Assembly: GCA_015521325.1 (NCBI GenBank)
Contig: WAOK01000001.1
Location: forward strand, 144,412-208,411
Reading direction: 5' to 3'
Length of the DNA: 64,000 nucleotides
Origin: Desulfurococcales archaeon
GTDB lineage: Archaea; Thermoproteota; Thermoprotei_A; Sulfolobales; NBVN01
Shown: positions 38,558 to 45,811 of the stretch, piece by piece
Numbering within the stretch: the first letter of the stretch is position 1
How the letters are laid out: every line of letters begins with the position of its first letter
The notes under the pieces: model-generated
What the model was told of the DNA's origin: nothing
Databases searched by the model: none
What the model saw: only the letters and a program-made list of their open reading frames with translations
Made by a program: the position numbers and the translations under genes

Positions 38558-38997
38558 TACAGTGGTATTTCAACAGTAGTTGTCGCACCAGCGTCGGAGG
38601 TTAGGGTAACCACTACCAGTTGGGGTGATGTGACGCTGCCGGTTGCAACGATTACGAGTGTCTGTCCGGGGCTCACGGTTCCTCCTGCAGGTATGGTTGA
38701 GTATTGAGCTGCAGTTGTTGTTCCGTCGCTCCCGACTATGTTGACGCCTGTTACGCTGAAGTCCGAGTCACTGTTGTTCTTCAGTTTGATTGTCACAGTT
38801 AAGGTGCCGTTTCTTAGCTCTTTGGATGTCAGTGTGCCCGATATCTCAGGTATCGCTGTCTGCTCGGATACCTTACTCGCTTGTCCCTGTAACCATGACT
38901 GCACGGCGAACGCTACGGGTATAGCTATGGCGGCCATGACGAGCACTACTATTAGGTCGCTCACGCCTTTCCTCATCCTGCGGGATCTTGCCCTCAT
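38557..38997 (-). CDS. Archaeal type IV pilin-like protein with class III signal peptide
   Basis: MRARSRRMRKG|VSDLIVVLVMAAIAIPVAFAV: a basic n-region, KG cleavage motif and hydrophobic helix, followed by a Thr/Ser/Val-rich beta domain. Confidence 0.75.
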   Translation of the reverse strand: MRARSRRMRKGVSDLIVVLVMAAIAIPVAFAVQSWLQGQASKVSEQTAIPEISGTLTSKELRNGTLTVTIKLKNNSDSDFSVTGVNIVGSDGTTTAAQYSTIPAGGTVSPGQTLVIVATGSVTSPQLVVVTLTSDAGATTTVEIPL

Positions 38998-39078
38998 GGG
39001 GTTCCCCGTGAGTAGAGGGTGTTTTTAAAGTGTGCATGGGGGTGTTGGCTTAAATGATTAGCTGATTTCCTCCCTAGA
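38998..39078. promoter_or_regulatory. Compact divergent promoter region between the pilin operon and the wHTH gene
   Basis: An 81-nt spacer. GTTTTTAAAG (about 39020-39030) serves as a TATA-like element for the minus strand and CTTAAATGAT (about 39049) for the plus strand, each roughly 25-30 nt from its start codon. Confidence 0.4.
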
Positions 39079-39378
39079 ATGGTGCTGGTATTGAGTGGGG
39101 TCAGAGAGAGGTTGAAGAGCATACTTTCCTCGATGAGGGGCAGGGTTGTGACTCCCGGTGACGTAGTTGCCCTCACAGGTCTGCCGAGGTATGAGGTGCT
39201 AGCTGCCTTCCATGTACTCGAGGCACTGGGATTCATTGAGGTTGTGCACGCTAAGGGTAATTACAAGATCTACAAACTCAGTGACCTAGGTGAGAGGCTT
39301 CTTGAGGCTCTTGAGGAAGCAGAAGAGTTTATGATAAGTATCGGACAGACACAGCTGGAAGCGGAGGCAAGTGCTTAA
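39079..39378 (+). CDS. Small winged-helix DNA-binding protein (putative regulator)
   Basis: VTPGDVVALTGLPRYEVLAAFHVLEALGFIEVV...YKLSDLG fits an HTH plus wing. It is divergent from the pilin operon. Confidence 0.5.
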   Translation: MVLVLSGVRERLKSILSSMRGRVVTPGDVVALTGLPRYEVLAAFHVLEALGFIEVVHAKGNYKIYKLSDLGERLLEALEEAEEFMISIGQTQLEAEASA

Positions 39379-39412
39379 CTCTTTTAATTTAATTCTACTC
39401 GAGGGGGTGTGA

Positions 39413-39814
39413 GTGGTTTTGCTAGTAAAGCCCATAAGGAACAGAGGTCACAGCCTCGTCATAGAGCTCTCAAACGAGAGAGAGCTCTCTAGCCTCGTAG
39501 GAAGTATCTCTCTCACATTAGAGAGCATAAAGAGTGAGAAAAGGTTAGCAAGCAATTACGCTAGGGCGGCTTCAGCGATTATGAAGGAGGTTAAGGGATC
39601 GTCTGATGATGAGACGAAGAGCGAAAAGGTGAGGAACGTTTCATTTATTTTCTTAAGCATGCCGGACCCGACAATGATATCCACGGCCATAGGTGTAACG
39701 ACCTTCATTGCCAGTAGGGGTCTCCATGCCCTAGAGCGTAGAAGGTACGGATTCTTGGACGTGTTTAGGGTATACAGAAAAATAAATATAGAATTATATG
39801 ACTTAATCGACTAA
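39413..39814 (+). CDS. Hypothetical protein with one predicted TM segment
   Basis: 133-aa ORF 34 nt after the wHTH gene. Hydrophobic stretch MISTAIGVTTFIA. GTG start. Confidence 0.4.
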   Translation: MVLLVKPIRNRGHSLVIELSNERELSSLVGSISLTLESIKSEKRLASNYARAASAIMKEVKGSSDDETKSEKVRNVSFIFLSMPDPTMISTAIGVTTFIASRGLHALERRRYGFLDVFRVYRKINIELYDLID

Positions 39815-39821
39815 GGAACGC

Positions 39822-40211
39822 TCAGAACTTCCTCCTGAAGCTCCTCTCCGGTGCTTTGGGTCGTTCTTCAGGCACTTCATCCTTTTTAGGTACTTCGTCG
39901 TCACTGATATCCTGTATTGTGTTTCTGCCACCTATGTTAAGCTGTACCTCTCCTCTATAGGCTGTCGTCCAACCACCTTTGATCTCTATTGCCTCTCCTT
40001 CCTTAATGGTGCCAGCTGCCCTTCCCCATAGCGTCAGCTTAATTCTTCCTGTTTCATCTCCCACAATTGCCTCACTGATTGTTCTCTCTCCTTTCTTTGT
40101 CTGAATTGTCTTTGGCGGGCTTGTTTCGAGAACCCTAACCTTTATGTCGACGTTCGACATTCCGGGTTTTAGATCCATGACTTTCTTGCTCTTAGACTCG
40201 TTTTCGTACAT
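39822..40211 (-). CDS. ssb: Crenarchaeal single-stranded DNA-binding protein SSB
   Basis: OB fold TISEAIVGDETGRIKLTLWG...WTTAYRGEVQLNIG is nearly collinear with Sulfolobus SSB. Flexible charged tail. Confidence 0.9.
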   Translation of the reverse strand: MYENESKSKKVMDLKPGMSNVDIKVRVLETSPPKTIQTKKGERTISEAIVGDETGRIKLTLWGRAAGTIKEGEAIEIKGGWTTAYRGEVQLNIGGRNTIQDISDDEVPKKDEVPEERPKAPERSFRRKF

Positions 40212-40321
40212 ATCTACGATACACCACGCAGACGGTACGGTTCCTACGTCGTGTAGAGGGTATTAAACACTCCGTTAGAACAATAATTAATTCTAAAAAA
40301 CTGTAAAGTTCTATGCTTTTA

Positions 40322-40552
40322 TTACTCTTTTTCTACGGTGATGGCGCCAGTCGGGCAAGCAGTCCTAGCCTGTTCCACACAGTCCTCGAGATCCTCAGGA
40401 ACCTCGCCCTCCCACGGGTTAGCGCCGCGATACTGCTCAACTATCTGGGATTTACCGTCCGGACCTGCCTCGAAGACCTGCGGGCAAAGGGCATAGCATA
40501 CTCCGTCAGAGATACAGAGATCCCAGTCAACCTTAACCTTAAGCTTGGCCAT
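40322..40552 (-). CDS. Small [4Fe-4S]/[3Fe-4S] ferredoxin
   Basis: MAKLKVKVDWDLCISDGVCYALCP...CPTGAI, Pyrococcus-type single-cluster ferredoxin layout. Confidence 0.85.
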   Translation of the reverse strand: MAKLKVKVDWDLCISDGVCYALCPQVFEAGPDGKSQIVEQYRGANPWEGEVPEDLEDCVEQARTACPTGAITVEKE

Positions 40553-40680
40553 TGGGTTCTCACCGATGAAAGGTTCATGGATAACTTATTAAATATTCTT
40601 AGGACAAAGAAGCATAAACCCTGGGTAACAAAGTTGTACCCGAAAAAGCTTAATAAGTTGGCACATTCTCCACTTTTCTG

Positions 40681-40779
40681 GGGCCCGTAGCTCAGCCCGG
40701 CAGAGCGCCCGGCACGCCGTGTACCGGCGCGGGAATCATAACCGGGTGGTCCGGGGTTCGAATCCCCGCGGGCCCACCA
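40681..40779 (+). tRNA. Elongator-type tRNA(CAT) (Met or Ile2) with a 22-nt intron at non-canonical position 32/33
   Basis: GGGCCCG-TA-GCTC..GAGC-G-CCCGG-C[ACGCCGTGTACCGGCGCGGGAA]TCATAA-CCGGG-TGGTC-CGGGG-TTCGAAT-CCCCG-CGGGCCC-A-CCA. Confidence 0.85.
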
Positions 40780-41002
40780 AGGATGCGTGACCTTATCCCG
40801 GCAGGTCTGTTCTGTGTTTGGTACTGCATCGGCTAATTATTTCTCTATGGCACGATAGCACATACTTTAAGGAACGCTATACATTATTTTCACCGATATG
40901 GTTAAAATTTTGTACTTCCTCATGGTTAATACATACATATTTTACGTAATAAAATTAAACATTTCTTTAAATGTTGTGTAGGAGGAGAGTAATGGTGGTT
41001 GT

Positions 41003-41749
41003 TTGGGGTATAAGCGTGTTTCACGACGTTTTGAACTGAAAAATGGTGTCGATGAGAAGTCTTTACTAAAAGCGCTGAGTGATAGAGATCTCGTTATTTC
41101 CTCTATGCCTTGTGTTGTGGCACGGCATAGAGATAAAGTGAGATTAAGGTTCTCTAGGCTGTTCCTATTTCGGGTTGAGGATACCTACTCTATTAGCTTG
41201 TCGAGATCAGATTCAGTTGTTCAGATAAAACTTGCTGGTGACAAAAGTACTATCGATCTGACTTTCTTCGTTTATGTGAACAGGGTTGAGTATACAGGTG
41301 AGTATAATGGACCTAAACCTTGGGTTGTATCTTCATGTTTAGAGGAGATGGGGGAGTCAATATACCATGAGGCTATATCAGAGTCAGAGAGAATAGTAGG
41401 GCCAGCTGTATCAACTGATTTTTCCGAGCTCTTAGCCAAGATGTCGTGGATATCGAGGCTTCTTACAAAATCAATTTTAGTTAAGTCAGAGGTTATCGTG
41501 ATAAATAAAGGTGGCCTTGTCTCCTATATTGAGAACCTAGCTTCTAGCAACGTCCTCACTAAATTTAAAACAGTTTATGTATCGGGAACAAGTGATAAGG
41601 GCTCTTTTAGGCTTCTCTTCATGGACGGCGAATTAGTGGGTGTCTATGCAATAATTGGGGGACAAGAACACATCGGTGACGACAAAGCATTAAATGATTT
41701 CGAGGGATTCACCCGTATCCGTGTATATGGCTCAAAAACAAGTCCCTAG
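41003..41749 (+). CDS. Hypothetical protein (248 aa), AT-rich gene
   Basis: ORF with TTG start in a low-GC islet. No motif recognised. Confidence 0.45.
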   Translation: MGYKRVSRRFELKNGVDEKSLLKALSDRDLVISSMPCVVARHRDKVRLRFSRLFLFRVEDTYSISLSRSDSVVQIKLAGDKSTIDLTFFVYVNRVEYTGEYNGPKPWVVSSCLEEMGESIYHEAISESERIVGPAVSTDFSELLAKMSWISRLLTKSILVKSEVIVINKGGLVSYIENLASSNVLTKFKTVYVSGTSDKGSFRLLFMDGELVGVYAIIGGQEHIGDDKALNDFEGFTRIRVYGSKTSP

Positions 41750-41760
41750 GTAGGGGTGAT

Positions 41761-42531
41761 ATGATGGTTATTAGGATTCGAAAACCATATGTCATTGCGG
41801 AAAAAGGTGATCATAAATTTGTATGGCTTGGTCTCGACGAGGTTGAAGCTGAAAGGGGTATACTAACTAATCAGTATCTAATAGTGGACAGTGATGAAGG
41901 GATATTAATTGATCCGGGAGGGCAATATGTTTTTGAGAGAGTTTATAAAAATGTCAGTAACTTCGTCCAACCTGAGAATGTTAAGGCGGTGTTCTTCTCG
42001 CACCAGGATCCGGATGTTGTCGGATCGCTAATAATGATATCGGATTTCTTTCCGAATGCCAGTATTTATGTATCGAGTCTGTGGATACGATTCCTTCCAC
42101 ACCTAGGGGTAATTACGGGCGTTGATATGGTAGAAATACCGGATGAGGGACTGAATATAAGAGTAGGAAACGCTATCCTAAAGGCTATACCTGCACATTT
42201 CCTACACTCACCCGGTAACTTCAGTCTCTACGACCCTATAGTAAGGGTCTTGTTCAGCGGAGATATTGGAGCAGCGGTCTTCCCGGAGGGTGTTTGGTAC
42301 TTGTTCGTTGATGATTTTAGGGAACATGTAAAGTATATGGAGGCTTTCCACAGAAGATATATACCAACGAAGAGGGCGATTGAACTATGGCTTAAAAGAG
42401 TAGGCGAGCTCGATATTGATGTAATAGCTCCTCAGCACGGTGCTATATTTGTTGGTGAGAATGCTAGAAAACTGCTGGAGTGGTTACGTAGCCTCGATGC
42501 TGTGGGAGTAGATGCTATGGGTGAGGTGTAA
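41761..42531 (+). CDS. Metallo-beta-lactamase-fold di-iron protein (flavodiiron N-domain/ODP-like)
   Basis: NQYLIVD..GILIDPGG, FFSHQDPDVVGS (H-x-D-x-D variant), PAHFLHSPG, APQHG. Confidence 0.55.
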   Translation: MMVIRIRKPYVIAEKGDHKFVWLGLDEVEAERGILTNQYLIVDSDEGILIDPGGQYVFERVYKNVSNFVQPENVKAVFFSHQDPDVVGSLIMISDFFPNASIYVSSLWIRFLPHLGVITGVDMVEIPDEGLNIRVGNAILKAIPAHFLHSPGNFSLYDPIVRVLFSGDIGAAVFPEGVWYLFVDDFREHVKYMEAFHRRYIPTKRAIELWLKRVGELDIDVIAPQHGAIFVGENARKLLEWLRSLDAVGVDAMGEV

Positions 42532-42537
42532 GTAATT

Positions 42538-43008
42538 ATGGATGCCAGAATACAGGGTCTGCTAGAGAAAGCTTGGGAGATAGAGAACAAGTCAATAATA
42601 GCCTATATGGGATGGATAAAAATACTCTCAGAAATAGGAATAAAAAATAAGGAAATAAGAGATTTTATAGCTAAAATAGTCGAGGATAGCGTAATTCACA
42701 AGCGCTTAGTTGAAGCAATAACTGAGGCTCTCAATGATAGAGAGGATATAAAGGATGAGATTTTTAGATCAAGCAGTAGAGAGGGGTTAATGGAATGTGA
42801 TGATGAGGTTCTAATGCTTCTGAAAAGAATGATTAAAGAACATGACGAGATAGAAAAGGACGCAGCTGAACTATATAAAGAACTTTCTCACTCTGTCGAC
42901 GATGAATTGCTTAAGAATGTGTTTATTCTCATCGCCAGAGATGAGGAGCGGCATGACAAATATATGGAAGAGTTTGAGAGAATAGTAGATCGAGTTTGTA
43001 GAACATAG
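42538..43008 (+). CDS. Ferritin-like/rubrerythrin-like four-helix-bundle protein
   Basis: ExxH-type pairs (VEDSVIHKRL, ARDEERHDKYM). It lies 6 nt after the preceding gene. Confidence 0.45.
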   Translation: MDARIQGLLEKAWEIENKSIIAYMGWIKILSEIGIKNKEIRDFIAKIVEDSVIHKRLVEAITEALNDREDIKDEIFRSSSREGLMECDDEVLMLLKRMIKEHDEIEKDAAELYKELSHSVDDELLKNVFILIARDEERHDKYMEEFERIVDRVCRT

Positions 43009-43020
43009 TTGTCACTGGGG

Positions 43021-43097
43021 TGGAGCCGCCGGCGGGATTCGAACCCGCGACCACCGGCTTACAAGGCCGGCGCTCTACCCGGCTGAGCTACGGCGGC
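43021..43097 (-). tRNA. tRNA-Thr(TGT)
   Basis: Reverse complement reads GCCGCCG-TA-GCTC-AGCCGGGTA-GAGC-G-CCGGC-CTTGTAA-GCCGG-TGGTC-GCGGG-TTCGAAT-CCCGC-CGGCGGC-T-CCA. Confidence 0.95.
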
Positions 43098-43204
43098 CCA
43101 AAAAGTCTCCCTCTAGGGATGTTTATAATCTTTTCAACGGCTGCCAATCTTTATTAGGGGTGTTGGTAAAGAATTAACAAGACATAATTAACTCATCAAA
43201 GTCA

Positions 43205-44152
43205 TTGGTGGGAGTTATGGGTGATTTAGACTCGTTTGTTCCATTAATTGACGGACCCGATGAAATGAAGTGCCCCTCTGATAAGGTCGTGTTCGACGAA
43301 CTGACGGGTCAATACATCTGTTTGGAGGGGGGTTATGTAATAGGTCAGGAACTTGATATGGGGCCAGAGTGGAGGGCGTTTGACTTCAGCGAGAAGCAGC
43401 GCCGCTCTAGGACTGGAGGTCCTATAAACTTAAGTGTAGGGAGTAGCGTTATCTCATCCATGATAGACTGGAAGGATCGCGATGCCACAGGAAAAAAGCT
43501 CTCTCCGCTAAGGAAAGCTGAGGCTTCGAGGTTAAGGAGGTGGCAGATAAGATCCAGGATACCCGATAGCGCGAATAGAAACCTGCAGCAGGCTATGGAC
43601 GAGCTCAACAATCTCTCGCATAGGTTGGGACTAAACCACGCTATTAGGGAGAGGGTGATGCACATCTACAGAGAGGCCCTCGAGAAGGGTGTCGTGCGGG
43701 GTAGGGCGGTTGAGGCAGTGGTTGCAGCTGCCGTATACGCTGCGTGCAGGATAGAGAGGCTTCCTAGAACACTTGATGAGATAGCTTTGCACACGAGGGT
43801 TTCGAAAAAAGAGATAGCTAGGTGTTACAGATTGCTTGTTAAGGAACTTGGGTTGAGGGTTCCGATAGCCGATCCCAGGGACTTCATTCGCCGGATAGCT
43901 GATAGTCTCGGGTTAAGCGGACATGTAATAACGGAGGCTATGAAAATAGTGGACAGTGCTAGGCATGCTGGCTTAACTGCGGGTAAGGATCCGGCAGGCC
44001 TAGCAGCAGCGGCTGTGTACTTAGCGGCCCATATTGTCGGGGAGAAACGAACGCAGAAGGAGGTAGCGGCTGTTGCGGGTGTGACGGAAGTAACTGTACG
44101 GAATAGGTACAAGGAGATAATCCAGTTCCTAGGAATAACTGTAGCTGAATAG
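43205..44152 (+). CDS. tfb: Transcription initiation factor TFB (TFIIB homolog)
   Basis: CPSDKVVFDELTGQYIC..GPEWRAFD N-terminus (as in Sulfolobus TFB1) and two cyclin repeats. Confidence 0.95.
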   Translation: MVGVMGDLDSFVPLIDGPDEMKCPSDKVVFDELTGQYICLEGGYVIGQELDMGPEWRAFDFSEKQRRSRTGGPINLSVGSSVISSMIDWKDRDATGKKLSPLRKAEASRLRRWQIRSRIPDSANRNLQQAMDELNNLSHRLGLNHAIRERVMHIYREALEKGVVRGRAVEAVVAAAVYAACRIERLPRTLDEIALHTRVSKKEIARCYRLLVKELGLRVPIADPRDFIRRIADSLGLSGHVITEAMKIVDSARHAGLTAGKDPAGLAAAAVYLAAHIVGEKRTQKEVAAVAGVTEVTVRNRYKEIIQFLGITVAE

Positions 44153-44212
44153 GGACCTGCTAGTAAAACTCTTAATCTAGAGTTAAACCGCTAAAAATAT
44201 TCTTTGAGCCAC

Positions 44213-44542
44213 CTACTCGGTCTCGACATAAATTATGTTCTCCTCAGGTATCCCTAGCTCGTTCACCAATATTTGCTTCACTTTGTGTTTGTGGTTCCCC
44301 TGCAGCTCGATATGGTCATTCTTGACAGTGCCGCCGGTCGCAAGCTTGCTTTTGAGCTTCGATGCTATTTCCTTCAGATTAAATACGCCTGGGTCAAGGC
44401 CCTCGATTATCGTTACCTCCTTACCGAATCTTCTACGCTCGACCCTTATTTTTACAAGTTGTTCCTCAAGGCCGATCGGCGTACATAAATCCTCTGGAAG
44501 ACCAGCGCACAGGACCTCCAGATCGCTCTTCTTCTTCGCCAT
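44213..44542 (-). CDS. Translation initiation factor SUI1 (aIF1)
   Basis: [19 protein letters not shown]...[18 protein letters not shown]. The ATG at 44542 (MAKKKSD) is preferred over the longer track ORF. Confidence 0.9.
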   Translation of the reverse strand: MAKKKSDLEVLCAGLPEDLCTPIGLEEQLVKIRVERRRFGKEVTIIEGLDPGVFNLKEIASKLKSKLATGGTVKNDHIELQGNHKHKVKQILVNELGIPEENIIYVETE

Positions 44543-44617
44543 GACCCACCCTGTCGCCACCATATTGTCGATAGGCCTTATAAGGGTTAGCACCGGAAAC
44601 CGGTAAAAGACTTAATA

Positions 44618-44872
44618 ATGCTTAACCTTAGCACACGTGGTGTCGCTGTGCAGAGGAGTGAGCCGGTATACAGGTGTTGGTCCTGCGGAAGGATAATATC
44701 GTTTGAGGATCTCCGTAAGATGGCCTTAAGCTCTGCCGGTGAGGGCATTCTGGAAGGTGTTGGGACCGAGTACGGTGTCGGTATGAGAATAGCGATAAGG
44801 TGTCCTCACTGTAACTCAAGAATAATTGTTAAGGTCAGGCATCCAGCCCCGAAGATCGTTAAGGCTGTTTAA
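44618..44872 (+). CDS. rpoP: RNA polymerase subunit Rpo12 (RpoP) with an internal insertion
   Basis: YRCWSCGR...IRCPHCNSRIIVKVRHPAPKIVKAV matches the Rpo12 zinc ribbon and C-terminus. A GTG at 44648 is an alternative start. Confidence 0.7.
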   Translation: MLNLSTRGVAVQRSEPVYRCWSCGRIISFEDLRKMALSSAGEGILEGVGTEYGVGMRIAIRCPHCNSRIIVKVRHPAPKIVKAV

Positions 44873-45771
44873 TGAGTGAGAGATGATTTAGCAGCGATAA
44901 ACTCTATGATAGCCTTCGCGGCAAGCATAGAGGTTATCATTGATGGGTCGTAGGGTGGCGATACCTCCACAATATCGATTGCCGTTACCATGCTTCCAAC
45001 TCCGTGAATCACGTCAAATACTTCGGTCGGCGTCAGCCCCTCCGGCTCTGGAGTTTGTACACCTGGAGCATAGGACGGATCGAAAACGTCCATATCTAAT
45101 GATAAGTAGACGTTACTGCATGTGCTGAGGAAATTCTTTATTTTGGTGTGAAAGGACCTAATTCCGGAAGATCTCCTGATGTCCAGTGAGCTAACATAGT
45201 TTATTCTTCTCATATCGATGAAGTTCTTCTCCTCATTGGAAACAGCCCTGAGACCTAATATCATGACACTATCCGCATCCAAGAACTCAAGTATCCGTCT
45301 AAGCGCACATGCATGGCTGAACTTATAGCCTAGGTACTCATCCCTTAAGTCGGCGTGAGCATCCATTACTAGAAGGCATATGTCGCTTATGCGTTGTGAG
45401 ACGGCCTTGACAGAACCTATTGATATTGTGTGATCTCCTCCAAGCACTATGGGTATCTTTCCCTCGCCTAAGATTCCAGAAACTGTCCTTTCCACACGCC
45501 TTACTGTCTCTAAGGCATCCCCGTGTACTACTGCTACATCTCCTATATCAGCAGGTAGGAGCTCCTCTACGTCAATACCTGCTCGGAAAGAGTACGTCTC
45601 AAGGTTCTGGGCCGCAATCCTAATAGTCGACGGAGCAAACCTCGACCCAGACCTGAAAGAGCTTGTGCTATCGAAAGGTACACCGATCAAAACGAACTCG
45701 CTCTCGTTGATCTCTACACTAACTCCAGCGAAAGAGCTGGCTCCCTTATTAACGTATAGCCGCCAACTCAT
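44869..45771 (-). CDS. speB: Agmatinase (arginase/ureohydrolase family)
   Basis: GGDHTIS, DAHADL, SLDMDVFDP manganese-ligand motifs. ATG at 45771; the track starts at GTG 45777. Confidence 0.9.
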   Translation of the reverse strand: MSWRLYVNKGASSFAGVSVEINESEFVLIGVPFDSTSSFRSGSRFAPSTIRIAAQNLETYSFRAGIDVEELLPADIGDVAVVHGDALETVRRVERTVSGILGEGKIPIVLGGDHTISIGSVKAVSQRISDICLLVMDAHADLRDEYLGYKFSHACALRRILEFLDADSVMILGLRAVSNEEKNFIDMRRINYVSSLDIRRSSGIRSFHTKIKNFLSTCSNVYLSLDMDVFDPSYAPGVQTPEPEGLTPTEVFDVIHGVGSMVTAIDIVEVSPPYDPSMITSMLAAKAIIEFIAAKSSLTH

Positions 45772-45811
45772 GGACACACCTTATAAAAGGAGATTCGCTG
45801 ACTTCATTAAG

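Noticed and set aside
43205-43330. The TFB zinc ribbon appears degenerate, with only two Cys (KCPSDK...YICLEGG).
   Set aside because: The same CP[PS]DK...YIC pattern is present in Sulfolobus TFB1 as I recall it. It is therefore a lineage trait, not an anomaly of this gene.
45449-45811. N-terminal 121 codons of the 645-aa track ORF that leads into glyS.
   Set aside because: This stretch is antisense to the agmatinase gene and is Ser/Thr/Pro-rich. GlyRS homology begins near GFFWPAYEGYGG, so the ATG at 45812 is the sensible start.
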